Positions 39,543 to 48,953 of a DNA stretch of 53,695 nt are shown piece after piece (the stretch's first letter is position 1; every line of letters begins with the position of its first letter). A model generated the notes under the pieces. It saw only the letters and a list, made by a program, of their open reading frames with translations. It was not told the origin of the DNA and ran no database searches. The position numbers and the translations under genes are program-made. The DNA comes from Alphaproteobacteria bacterium (lineage in GTDB: Bacteria > Pseudomonadota > Alphaproteobacteria > HIMB59 > GCA-002718135): positions 1 to 53,695 of the forward strand of contig JBJKYR010000010.1 in the NCBI GenBank assembly GCA_045560945.1. The letters run 5' to 3'.

Positions 39543-40550
39543 ATGAATTTATTTATTACTGGTATAGCTGGTTTTCTAGGGTCACATCTAGCTGATGAAT
39601 GCCTTAAAAAAGGTCACAATGTTTATGGAAATGACAATTTAATAGGTGGTTATAGGGATAATATTCCCAAAGGAGTTAATTTTTTTAATTTTGATTGTAA
39701 TGATTATGATAAATTAAATGAAATTTTTAAATTAAACAAAATTGATATTTTGTATCATTGCGCAGCAACTGCTTATGAAGGTTTATCAGTATTTTCACCA
39801 AATTTAGTAACAAAAAATATATTTCAATCAAGTGTAAGTGTCTTTTCAGCTGCATTAAATAACAATATTAAAAGAATAATATTTTGTTCATCAATGGCTA
39901 GATACGGAGAAATTAAACCACCTTTCACAGAAGAATCTACACCAAATCCTGTAGATCCATATGGAATTGCAAAACTAGCTGCTGAAAAAGTATTAATAAA
40001 CCTTTGTAAATTAAATAATGTTGAATGGGTTATAGCTGTCCCTCACAATATTGTTGGGCCAAGACAAAAATATGATGATCCATATAGAAATGTAATGTCA
40101 ATTATAATTCATAAAATGTTAAAGAATGAAAGTCCAATAATTTATGGTGATGGTGAGCAAAAAAGATGTTTTTCATTTATTGATGATTGCATATCACCAC
40201 TTTACACAATGATGATAAGTAAAGAAGCAAATAATCAAATTATTAATATTGGCCCTGATGAAGGAACAATTACAATTAATGAACTTGTAAATTTATGTGC
40301 TAACCATATAGGGTATAATGGCAGAGCAACTTATTTTAAAGATAGACCATTAGAAGTTAAAAATGCATTTTGTTCCTCAAATAAAGCAAGAAAATTACTT
40401 AATTATAAAACAACTTCTGATATTGAAAAAGCTATTTCAGAAACCACAAATTATATTAAATCAAAGGGAATTAAAAATTTTGAGTATAATTTTGAAATTG
40501 AAATCAATAATAGTTTAACTCCAAAAACGTGGAAAAATAAAATTATATAA
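39543..40550 (+). CDS. NAD-dependent sugar-nucleotide epimerase/dehydratase (extended SDR)
   Basis: 335 aa with an N-terminal ITGIAGFLGSHL Rossmann motif and the catalytic YGIAK (YxxxK). Length and layout match RmlB/GalE-type enzymes. Substrate unknown. Confidence 0.8.
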   Translation: MNLFITGIAGFLGSHLADECLKKGHNVYGNDNLIGGYRDNIPKGVNFFNFDCNDYDKLNEIFKLNKIDILYHCAATAYEGLSVFSPNLVTKNIFQSSVSVFSAALNNNIKRIIFCSSMARYGEIKPPFTEESTPNPVDPYGIAKLAAEKVLINLCKLNNVEWVIAVPHNIVGPRQKYDDPYRNVMSIIIHKMLKNESPIIYGDGEQKRCFSFIDDCISPLYTMMISKEANNQIINIGPDEGTITINELVNLCANHIGYNGRATYFKDRPLEVKNAFCSSNKARKLLNYKTTSDIEKAISETTNYIKSKGIKNFEYNFEIEINNSLTPKTWKNKII

Positions 40551-40560
40551 ATTTTTTTTC

Positions 40561-41247
40561 TCAAGTTTTTATAGTTTTTTTCAATAATTCTAAATCAACA
40601 TTATAATATCTTTTAGCAAGTGTCTGATAGATATGTTTGTCATGATCAAACCATGATCTGGATAATTTTCCAGTTTTATCACTAATAGTTTCTAGTTTAA
40701 GGTGCTCAAAAACAACCTCTTTAATTTCAATAAATCTATTAATTTCAATTGCAAGATTTCTAGTGTATGTATCGAGGTATCTGTGCATAAAGAATGGTGG
40801 CACAAAGTATTTAAGAGTTTGTATCCATTTTTTATTTACTGTTGGATGATCACATCTCATACGTCCATCGTTTTGAGCAAATCTATCTTGTCTTCCATCA
40901 TCAACAGTAAGTACATATATTTTATCTTCATATATTTTATTAGCTTGAATAAATATTTCATCCCAATTTTTAGTTATAATTTCAACGTCGTCACCAATAA
41001 GAGTAACCATTTCTCCAGCAGCTTGATGTGCTAAGAAATTCCAAATAAATGAAGTGGACATTGGTGGGCCTCTATAAAAGCCAATCTTATATTTTTTAAA
41101 TAATTCATAATATTCTTCTTTGCACTCATCATCATCAGCAACATAAAAAAGAATCTGATTTTGATTTTTTTGAGTATTATAGAAAGATTTAATTAATCTT
41201 TCAGCCTGATTAGGTCTGCCTCTTGAGGGACATAACAATGATATCAT
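40561..41247 (-). CDS. Hypothetical protein, possibly a GT-A-fold nucleotide-sugar transferase
   Basis: 228 aa with an N-terminal ISLLCPSRGRP strand-loop and a later GDDVEI (DxD-like). This resembles small GT-A glycosyltransferase-like proteins, but I cannot place it in a named family without a search. Confidence 0.35.
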   Translation of the reverse strand: MISLLCPSRGRPNQAERLIKSFYNTQKNQNQILFYVADDDECKEEYYELFKKYKIGFYRGPPMSTSFIWNFLAHQAAGEMVTLIGDDVEIITKNWDEIFIQANKIYEDKIYVLTVDDGRQDRFAQNDGRMRCDHPTVNKKWIQTLKYFVPPFFMHRYLDTYTRNLAIEINRFIEIKEVVFEHLKLETISDKTGKLSRSWFDHDKHIYQTLAKRYYNVDLELLKKTIKT

Positions 41248-41529
41248 TTATAAATTTTGTATAAAAAGTTTATTTTAAAAATTAATTTTAATTTTTTAAA
41301 CATATCTGTCTTTTCTTTTTTTAAATGATGATTAAAATTATACAACTCTTAATTTATTTTGTATGCTCACAGTAAGAATTACATTCAAATTTTTCATATT
41401 TTTTATTAAATTCAAATTAATGCAAAATCTTACTTATCATTGATAATATCTTAAATAATAATTAAATATTGTTGAGTTACCTAAATTATTTCGATATTAG
41501 ATATCTATTAGTTTTATGAAACAACAACA

Positions 41530-41621
41530 GGAGAGATGGGTGAGTGGCTTAAACCACAGGTTTGCTAAACCTGCGAAGGAGGTAACTCCTTCCGAGGGTT
41601 CGAATCCCTCTCTCTCCGCCA
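41530..41621 (+). tRNA. tRNA-Ser (anticodon GCT), CCA encoded
   Basis: Folds by hand. Acceptor GGAGAGA/TCTCTCC. D stem GGT/ACC. Anticodon stem CAGGT/ACCTG with loop TTGCTAA. Long variable arm GAAGGAG-GTAA-CTCCTTC. T arm GAGGG-TTCGAAT-CCCTC. Discriminator G followed by CCA. Confidence 0.95.
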
Positions 41622-41630
41622 TTAAATAAT

Positions 41631-42503
41631 ATGTTTTTTGGAAGCATACCCGCGGTAATTACACCCTTTAATAATAATCAAGTTGATTATAACTCTCTTG
41701 ATAAAATTGTTAATTATTTAATTTTAAATGGATCAAATGGATTGGTACCATGTGGAACTACAGGTGAGTCTCCTACTTTATCTCATGAAGAACATAAAAA
41801 GATAATTGAACAAACAATTAAAATTAGTGATAAAAGAGTTCCAGTAATTGCTGGGACTGGATCGAATAATACTAAAGAGGCTGTGGATTACACTAAACAT
41901 GCAGAGAGTGTTGGAGCAGATGCAGCTTTAGTTGTAACTCCATATTACAATAAACCTACACAAAATGGTTTGTATGCTCACTTTAAAATAATTGCAGATT
42001 CAGTGAAATTACCAATTATAATATACAACATCCCAGGAAGATCTGTGATAGATATGTCTATTGAGACAATGATTGAGTTGTCCAAAATTGATAATATCAT
42101 TGGTGTTAAAGATGCAACAAATGATTTATTTAGACCTTTGCTTACAACTGCGTATATGAAAAATGAATTTTGTTATTTATCTGGAGAAGATGGCACAGCT
42201 CTAGCTTTCTTATCTCAGGGTGGACATGGATGTATATCTGTAACTGCTAATGTTGCCCCAAAATTATGCTCTGATATGCAGCTAGCTTGGAGAGAAAAAG
42301 ATATACAAAAAGCTCAGGAAATAAATTTGAAGTTGGCAAAACTTCACAATTCACTATTTCTAGAATCTAGTCCTGGACCAGTAAAATATGCGGCATCTTT
42401 ATTAGGACTGTGTAGTAGTGAAACTAGATTACCTATTGTAGAAATAAGTAAAAATACTAAACAAAGTATTTCAGATTGTTTAAAAAGTTTAACTTTGCTT
42501 TAG
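41631..42503 (+). CDS. dapA: 4-hydroxy-tetrahydrodipicolinate synthase
   Basis: 290 aa with AVITPF, GLVPCGTTGES, YYNKPTQ and IYNIPGRS. Confidence 0.93.
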   Translation: MFFGSIPAVITPFNNNQVDYNSLDKIVNYLILNGSNGLVPCGTTGESPTLSHEEHKKIIEQTIKISDKRVPVIAGTGSNNTKEAVDYTKHAESVGADAALVVTPYYNKPTQNGLYAHFKIIADSVKLPIIIYNIPGRSVIDMSIETMIELSKIDNIIGVKDATNDLFRPLLTTAYMKNEFCYLSGEDGTALAFLSQGGHGCISVTANVAPKLCSDMQLAWREKDIQKAQEINLKLAKLHNSLFLESSPGPVKYAASLLGLCSSETRLPIVEISKNTKQSISDCLKSLTLL

Positions 42504-42504
42504 A

Positions 42505-42951
42505 ATGAAAGTAATTGCCAATAATAAAAGGGCAACATATGATTATAATATTTCACTCAAGATAAATTCAGGTTTAGTTTTAACTGGCTCAGAAGTTAAG
42601 TCGCTAAGAGTCAATTCTCCTTCAATTAAAGAAGCTTATGTAGAAGAAAAGAAAGGAGAATTGTGGCTTTGTAATTGTAATATTAAAAAATATCATTCTT
42701 CTAGCGATAAAGAAAATAATCCAATCAGACAAAGAAAATTACTTATTTCAAAAAAAGAACTTAACAAATTACTTGGGTCAATTAAGAGAGAAGGTTTTAC
42801 AATAATTCCTCTAAGTATGTACTTTAATGACAAGGGTCTTGTAAAACTTAATATAGGCCTTGGAAGAGGTAAGAAAAAATATGATAAAAGACAAACTCAA
42901 AAATTAAAGGATTGGAACAAAAATAAACAAAGATTACTTAAAAACAATTAA
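42505..42951 (+). CDS. smpB: SsrA-binding protein
   Basis: 148 aa with IANNKRATYDY, LTGSEVKSLR and a basic C-terminal tail. Confidence 0.92.
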   Translation: MKVIANNKRATYDYNISLKINSGLVLTGSEVKSLRVNSPSIKEAYVEEKKGELWLCNCNIKKYHSSSDKENNPIRQRKLLISKKELNKLLGSIKREGFTIIPLSMYFNDKGLVKLNIGLGRGKKKYDKRQTQKLKDWNKNKQRLLKNN

Positions 42952-42993
42952 TTTGTTTGCTTTTTTATAATTAGATATCTATAAGCCCACACA

Positions 42994-43425
42994 ATGGCTA
43001 GAATTACAGTAGAAGATTGTATAGATAAATTTGACAGTAGATTCGAACTTGTATTGGTAGCGTCTAACAGAGCTAGAAAACTCCACTCCGGAGATCAGCC
43101 TACTGTTGAAAAAGATAATGATAAAAACACTGTTATAGCTTTAAGGGAAATTGCAGATGAAACGATTTCAGCTGATGAATTTAAACAAAGTTTAATTGAG
43201 GAGTATCAGACAGTTTCCCCAATTAATGATGAAGATGAGCTTGCTTTAGAATTCACTGATGAAAATTTAGAAGAAGAAGATGCTTCGATAAATGAGTCAG
43301 CAGAAAATCATGTTGAAAGCGAATCAGCTGAAGAGTTGGAAGATATTAAAGAGTCAATTATGGAAACAAATGATAATGAAGTATCCAATACTATCAGTGA
43401 GAACCAAGACGATCAATCTAGTTAA
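42994..43425 (+). CDS. rpoZ: RNA polymerase omega subunit with a long acidic C-terminal tail
   Basis: [30 protein letters not shown] is the conserved omega N-terminus. Residues ~70-143 are D/E/S/N-rich. Confidence 0.9.
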   Translation: MARITVEDCIDKFDSRFELVLVASNRARKLHSGDQPTVEKDNDKNTVIALREIADETISADEFKQSLIEEYQTVSPINDEDELALEFTDENLEEEDASINESAENHVESESAEELEDIKESIMETNDNEVSNTISENQDDQSS

Positions 43426-43472
43426 TATTAGATCTTTATTTTTTATCCATTCAATTAATTTATTTTTTAAAA

Positions 43473-45596
43473 ATGATACTTGAAAAGATCAAAGAACTTG
43501 AAAAATTAGTAATTTATTTGAATGCCTCTGATAAGTCAGTAGTATCGAAGGCCATAAATTTTAGTAATAAGGCGCATAAAAATCAAACTAGACAGTCTGG
43601 TGATCCTTTTGTTACTCACCCTATTGAGGTTGCAAAAATTTTAACATCAATTAAGCTTGATGCTTCTTCAATTGCTGCTGGTCTTTTGCATGACACTGTT
43701 GAGGATACTGAAATTACTAATGAGTCTATTCAAGTTATATTTGGTGATCAAATTTCTCAATTAGTGCAAGGACTCACTAAAATAAATAAATTTTCTTTAA
43801 AAGCAAATAAGTTGAAATTAGGAGAAAATTATAGAAAATTACTTTTAGCTTCTACAGAAGACTTAAGAGTTATATTAGTAAAATTAGCAGATAGACTTCA
43901 TAATATGAGAACTATAGAATTTATAAAAGATGAAAATAAAAGAATTAATACTTCTATGGAAACACTGGAGGTGTTTTCTCCATTAGCACAAAGGCTAGGT
44001 ATGAAAGAGTGGCAGGATGAGCTTGAAGATTTAGCTTTTAAATCAATTAATTCTGATGCTAGAAACTCAATTATAGATAGATTGGATTATTTAAAATCCA
44101 AAGATGAAAATATTATTGATGAAATAAGGTATGAGCTAAGTAACATTTTTTCAACAGAAGGTATAAATTGTAAAATAGATGGTAGAATAAAATCACCTTA
44201 TTCGATTTGGAACAAGATAAAAAAGAAAAATATATCATTTGAGCAATTATCAGACATTATGGCATTTAGAATTATCACGAATTCAACGAGAGAATGTTAT
44301 AGATGCTTAGGAATAATTCACAGAAAATTTTCCTATATTCAAGGTAGGTTTAAAGATTTTATTTCAGCACCAAAGTCAAATGGATATAGAGCTATTCATA
44401 CTTCGGTCATGGGTCCTAAAAATAAAAAAATTGAAATTCAATTTAGATCAAATGTAATGAATCAAATTGCAGATTATGGTGTAGCAGCTCATTGGAAATA
44501 CAAAGACCCTAAAAAAATTAAAGATAATGATACAAAAGAATACAAATGGATGCATGAACTTTTAGACTTAATGAATTCATCATTAAATCAAGATGAATTA
44601 ATTGAAAATGCAAAAATTAATGTCTTTCAAAATGATATATATGTTTTTACTCCAAAAGGTGATGTAATAGAACTGCCTAAAAGTGCAACTCCAGTTGATT
44701 TTGCTTATTCAATTCATTCACAAATTGGAGATAAATGCGTTGGTGCTAAAGTAAATGGTAAGCTCCAACCACTTAAAACTATTTTAAAAAATGGAGATCA
44801 AATCGAGATAATAACTTCTGAAGAATCACAACCTTCACCTTTATGGCAAAGATTTGCAGTAACTTCAAAGGTTAAATCTCAGGTAAGACGTTTCTTTAGA
44901 ACAAAAAAAAGAGATGAATATATTATGTTTGGAAAGCAAATATTAGACTCTTTTTTTGTAAAAGAAAATTATGAACTTAATAAATCTACAATAAATAAAA
45001 TAAAAAAAGATTTTAAATTATCAGATATTGAAGATTTGTATGAGCTCGTAGGTTCTGGAAATATGACAGCTGTATCTGTTTTAAAAAAAATTTATCCAGA
45101 ATTTAATTATAAACCAGCCAATAAATTTAAAAATGAGTCAGAAAATTCAATAAAATTAAAAGGACTTACAGCTGGTATGTCATATCATTTATCAGGATGC
45201 TGCTCTCCTATAAAAGGAGATACAATAGTTGGTATAGTTACAGCAGGAATAGGAGTAGCAGTTCATACTGTTGATTGTGAAACACTATCATCATACAATG
45301 ATAATCCTGAAAGATGGCTGAATATTTCTTGGGATAATTCAGTTAATAAAAATATTGTTTCAAATTCTCGATTAAATGTTGTACTTAAAAATCAACCAGG
45401 TAGCCTAGGTAAAGTCACAACTATAATTGCTAAAAATAATGGGAATATTTCAAACATTAATTTTTCAATTAGAAAAGTTGATTTCTATGAAATAATAATA
45501 GATATTGAAGTTAGAGATACTAACCATCTTAAAAATATTTTGGCAGCTTTAAGATTGGTTTCTGAGGTATCTTCTTTAGAGAGAATAAAAGGATAG
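43473..45596 (+). CDS. spoT: Bifunctional (p)ppGpp synthetase/hydrolase (Rsh, SpoT/RelA family)
   Basis: 707 aa with an HD domain (HPIEVAKIL...LLHDTVEDT), a RelA/SpoT synthetase domain (PKSNGYRAIHTSV), TGS (VFTPKGDVIELP) and a C-terminal ACT-like domain. Confidence 0.93.
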   Translation: MILEKIKELEKLVIYLNASDKSVVSKAINFSNKAHKNQTRQSGDPFVTHPIEVAKILTSIKLDASSIAAGLLHDTVEDTEITNESIQVIFGDQISQLVQGLTKINKFSLKANKLKLGENYRKLLLASTEDLRVILVKLADRLHNMRTIEFIKDENKRINTSMETLEVFSPLAQRLGMKEWQDELEDLAFKSINSDARNSIIDRLDYLKSKDENIIDEIRYELSNIFSTEGINCKIDGRIKSPYSIWNKIKKKNISFEQLSDIMAFRIITNSTRECYRCLGIIHRKFSYIQGRFKDFISAPKSNGYRAIHTSVMGPKNKKIEIQFRSNVMNQIADYGVAAHWKYKDPKKIKDNDTKEYKWMHELLDLMNSSLNQDELIENAKINVFQNDIYVFTPKGDVIELPKSATPVDFAYSIHSQIGDKCVGAKVNGKLQPLKTILKNGDQIEIITSEESQPSPLWQRFAVTSKVKSQVRRFFRTKKRDEYIMFGKQILDSFFVKENYELNKSTINKIKKDFKLSDIEDLYELVGSGNMTAVSVLKKIYPEFNYKPANKFKNESENSIKLKGLTAGMSYHLSGCCSPIKGDTIVGIVTAGIGVAVHTVDCETLSSYNDNPERWLNISWDNSVNKNIVSNSRLNVVLKNQPGSLGKVTTIIAKNNGNISNINFSIRKVDFYEIIIDIEVRDTNHLKNILAALRLVSEVSSLERIKG

Positions 45597-45601
45597 ATTA
45601 A

Positions 45602-46003
45602 GTGATTGTTACAAATGGCATAGATATAATCGATATTAGGAGAATAAAAAAAACTATAGATAAATTTGGTGATAAATTTAAAAAAAGATGTTTTAGCCAA
45701 AACGAAATAATAAGATCTGAAAATAAAATTAAATCTGTAGAGTCTTACGCTAAAAGATATGCTGCAAAAGAAGCTTGCGCCAAAGCCTTAGGTACAGGTC
45801 TGGCAAGAGGAGTTTTTTGGAAAGATATTGAAGTTTATAATAATATTTATGGTAAGCCAAAAATAAAACTTCATAATAAGGCACTTAAATTTCTCAGACA
45901 GATTAGTAATGAATCTAATTCTACTATTGAATTATCTTTAGCTGATGAGTCTAATTACGCAATCGCAAATGTAATAATTTATGAAAACAAAAAAACAAAA
46001 TAG
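45602..46003 (+). CDS. acpS: Holo-[acyl-carrier-protein] synthase
   Basis: 133 aa (GTG start) with GIDIIDIRRI and FAAKEA-type YAAKEACAKALGTG. Confidence 0.88.
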   Translation: MIVTNGIDIIDIRRIKKTIDKFGDKFKKRCFSQNEIIRSENKIKSVESYAKRYAAKEACAKALGTGLARGVFWKDIEVYNNIYGKPKIKLHNKALKFLRQISNESNSTIELSLADESNYAIANVIIYENKKTK

Positions 46004-46716
46004 TTTTTTAAGTAATGTGAAATCTGTTTCTGTGGCAGTATTTATAGCTTTATTAATTAGATCATTTGTAGCCGAACCTTTTAATATTCCTTCTGGATCA
46101 ATGAAACCCAATTTACTCGTTGGGGATTTTATTTTTGTTTCAAAGTGGTCTTATGGTTATTCAAAGCATTCTTTACCTTTTTCAATTCCAATTATTCCAA
46201 AAAAAATTTTTCATAACAATCCAGAAAGAGGAGATGTAGTAGTATTTAAAACCCCTGAAGATAATAGAACTGATTATATAAAAAGAGTTATTGGAATTCC
46301 AGGTGATAAAATTAGAATAATTAATGGTCAAATTATAATTAATAATGAAAAAATAATTAAAAAAAGGGTTAATGATTTTATTGATAATGACAATAATATA
46401 TCTTTAAAACGTAATAGAAGATACATAGAATATTATGATGATTTTCAAATTGAAGTATTAGATATAATGGATAATGGGAATTGTAGATAACACTAAATTA
46501 TATGAAGTGCCGAAAGGTCATTTTTTTGTAATGGGAGATAATAGAGATAATTCTCAAGATAGCAGATTTGATAATATTATAGGCTATGTCCCTTTTGAGA
46601 ATTTAGTAGGAAAGGCTCGTTTTGTTTTTTTCTCTTTAGAAAATTCACGTTTCTTTCAATTATGGAAGTGGCCAAAATCAATTAGAACAGAAAGAATATT
46701 CAAGCCCATTAAATGA
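45981..46716 (+). CDS. lepB: Signal peptidase I, frameshifted in this assembly
   Basis: ORF 45981..46490 (PSGSMKPNLLVGDFIFVSK, YIKRVIGIPGD) and ORF 46474..46716 (FFVMGDNRDNSQDSR) join if the G3 run at 46476-46478 loses one G (DIMDNGIVDNTKLYEVP). Restored length is 244 aa. Confidence 0.9.
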
Positions 46717-47408
46717 TTAGTAAAAAAAAAATTAATCAATTAGAGAAAATTATTTCCTATAAATTCAAAGATAAGAAACTAATAGAAAATGCATTAATAC
46801 ACCCAAGTTACATTGCTGATAATAAAAAAAAAATTCTTAACGAAGTTAGTGATTTTGAAAGATTAGAATTTTTAGGTGATAGAGTATTAGGTCTAGCAAT
46901 ATCTTCAATAATTTATAAAAAATTTGATAAAAATAATGAAGGTGATTTATCAAAAAAACTATCATATTTAGTTCAAAAAAATTTTTTGTATAAAATATCA
47001 ACAAATCTTGAAATTGATAGATTTCTTAAATTTGCATCTAAAAAAAATAATAAAATGAATATTTCCATTTTGTCTGATTCTATAGAGTCACTTATTGGTG
47101 CTCTATATTTAGATGGAGGTTTTATTAGTGCCAAAAAATTCATAAAATCTACATGGGGCCCATATTTAGAAATTGAAAATCAAAATATGCAGGATCCAAA
47201 AACTAAGTTACAAGAACTTTCCCAACAAAAACTAAAAAAACTTCCTGAATATAATTTAGTCAAAAAAGAAGGTCCTTCACACTCACCTACTTTTACAATT
47301 TCATTAAAAGTATTAAATTTAAAAAAAATTATAAGTAGTGGATCATCTAAAAGAGATGCTGAAAAAAATGCTGCATCTATTGCTTTGAAACTAATCAATG
47401 AAAAGTAA
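46713..47408 (+). CDS. rnc: Ribonuclease III
   Basis: 231 aa with the ERLEFLGDRVL signature and a C-terminal dsRBD (PKTKLQELSQ...GSSKRDAEKNAA). Confidence 0.93.
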   Translation: MISKKKINQLEKIISYKFKDKKLIENALIHPSYIADNKKKILNEVSDFERLEFLGDRVLGLAISSIIYKKFDKNNEGDLSKKLSYLVQKNFLYKISTNLEIDRFLKFASKKNNKMNISILSDSIESLIGALYLDGGFISAKKFIKSTWGPYLEIENQNMQDPKTKLQELSQQKLKKLPEYNLVKKEGPSHSPTFTISLKVLNLKKIISSGSSKRDAEKNAASIALKLINEK

Positions 47409-48240
47409 GATAATTAAAATTAGTATTGTTGGCAGGACAAATGCTGGAAAATCAACTTTAATTAATAAAATTATAGGTGAAAAAATATCAATTCAAAATA
47501 AAAAAATTAATACTACACAAGAATTGATTATTGGAATTAAAAATATTAAAAATACACAAATACTTTTTTATGATACTCCTGGTTCTAATTTCTTAAAGAA
47601 TTCTAATAATCAATCAATAAAACTTAAACAAAATTTGTGGAATGGCATAGATGAATCAGACTTAATTTTATATATTATTGATTCTCATGCACTAAATATG
47701 CCATTTATTTATGATCAAATAGATAAAATCAAAGAAGTTAAAAAAAAAATATTTATTATTTTCAATAAAATTGATTTGATTTTGAAACAAAAGCTTTTAC
47801 CAATTATTTCTGAAATAAATAATAGATTTAAAATAGAGTCTTTTTTTACAATATCAGCAAAAAATAATATTGGCATTCAAGAACTTTTGAGTGAATTAAT
47901 CAAATATTCATATTCTTCTAAATGGATATATTCGAAAGATGAAATAACTAACAAAGATGATAAATTTATCCTATCTGAATTATTAAGAGAAACAATGTTA
48001 ACATATCTTCATAAAGAAATACCATACAATATTAGTATTGTAACTTCTCATTATAAAATATTAAAAAGTTCAGAAATTAAAATCAAACAAAAAATATATA
48101 TTAATGAAAAAAGATATAAAAAAATTATTTTAGGAAAAAATGGTGGTATGATAAAAAAAATAAGGGAGAATTGTCAAAAAAAAATAAAAAAAATTTTTGG
48201 AAAAAAAATACATTTATATCTTGAATTAATTATTCAATGA
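47398..48240 (+). CDS. era: GTPase Era
   Basis: 280 aa with G1 GRTNAGKST, G3 DTPG, G4 NKID and a C-terminal KH domain. Conserved rnc-era-recO order. Confidence 0.9.
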   Translation: MKSKIIKISIVGRTNAGKSTLINKIIGEKISIQNKKINTTQELIIGIKNIKNTQILFYDTPGSNFLKNSNNQSIKLKQNLWNGIDESDLILYIIDSHALNMPFIYDQIDKIKEVKKKIFIIFNKIDLILKQKLLPIISEINNRFKIESFFTISAKNNIGIQELLSELIKYSYSSKWIYSKDEITNKDDKFILSELLRETMLTYLHKEIPYNISIVTSHYKILKSSEIKIKQKIYINEKRYKKIILGKNGGMIKKIRENCQKKIKKIFGKKIHLYLELIIQ

Positions 48241-48953
48241 CAGAAAATAAAACTAAGGGTATCCTATTATACAATAAACTATCTTCAGAAAATAATTTAT
48301 TTTTGAAATTTCTAACTGAAGATGATGAAATATTAACTGGTATTAGTTTTGGTGGATCAACAAAGAAGAAAAAAAATATTTATCAATTAGGATATTTTTT
48401 AAATTTAAATATTAAGATTAAAAATTCTAATTTCCCTAAAAATATATCTGGAGAATTATCAAAACCTTATATTTATGATATCTTTATAGATAAGTATAAA
48501 TTGCATTCCTTATTATCTATTATATCTTTATTAAATTTATCAATTATTGAAGGTCAAAAAATTAAAGGTTTATTTGAAAGTACTTATAAAATTATCAATT
48601 TAATATCTTTAAAAGAAAATTGGTTAGTTGATTATTTCTTATATTTACTAAATTTACTAAAATTAATAGGATATGAAATTGATTTTACTAATAAACTATC
48701 ATTAAATTATCTAAATTTGGATACATTGCAATTTGTTAACAAAAATTCAAATAAATCAATAGTTTTTCCTCATAATTTACTAAACAAATCAGTAAAAATA
48801 AATTTTGCAGATGTTGATTCTTTTTTTAAAATATTTGAGATAATTTTGCAAAATCATCATTTAAATAATATGAATCTTAATATACCTACTAATTATCTAA
48901 AGTTTAAAAAAATAATCTTAGGATTTTTGTCAAAAAATGCAAAGAATAATTAA
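48237..48953 (+). CDS. recO: DNA repair protein RecO (divergent)
   Basis: 238 aa, called mainly from the conserved position after era, the size, and an N-terminal OB-like pattern (GILLYNKLSSENNLFLKFLTEDDEILTGISFGG). Sequence motifs are weak. Confidence 0.6.
   Translation: MTENKTKGILLYNKLSSENNLFLKFLTEDDEILTGISFGGSTKKKKNIYQLGYFLNLNIKIKNSNFPKNISGELSKPYIYDIFIDKYKLHSLLSIISLLNLSIIEGQKIKGLFESTYKIINLISLKENWLVDYFLYLLNLLKLIGYEIDFTNKLSLNYLNLDTLQFVNKNSNKSIVFPHNLLNKSVKINFADVDSFFKIFEIILQNHHLNNMNLNIPTNYLKFKKIILGFLSKNAKNN

Noticed and set aside
41248-41529. A riboswitch, structured leader or micro-ORFs (for example the 16-codon MMIKIIQLLIYFVCSQ at 41326..41376) in the long spacer.
   Set aside because: The sequence is almost pure A/T with no GC-supported helices, and it precedes a tRNA rather than a metabolic gene. 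The micro-ORFs are no longer than expected by chance and lack any ribosome-binding context.
41530-41621. tRNA-Ser as the attachment site of an integrated element that would explain the neighbouring accessory-looking genes.
   Set aside because: The odd genes lie on the 5' side of the tRNA, whereas integrases usually target the 3' end. No integrase gene is adjacent. I did not spot a direct repeat of the tRNA 3' end elsewhere in the window by eye, but this needs a computational repeat search to be certain.
41496-42982. A shared 13-mer ATTAGATATCTAT containing the 10-bp palindrome TAGATATCTA. It occurs 22 nt upstream of tRNA-Ser (41496-41508) and 12 nt upstream of rpoZ (42970-42982), and could be a common operator.
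   Set aside because: My rough estimate is that a window this size and this AT-rich should contain hundreds of repeated 13-mers by chance. Two copies are not enough evidence. It is worth revisiting only if a genome-wide motif search shows enrichment upstream of genes.
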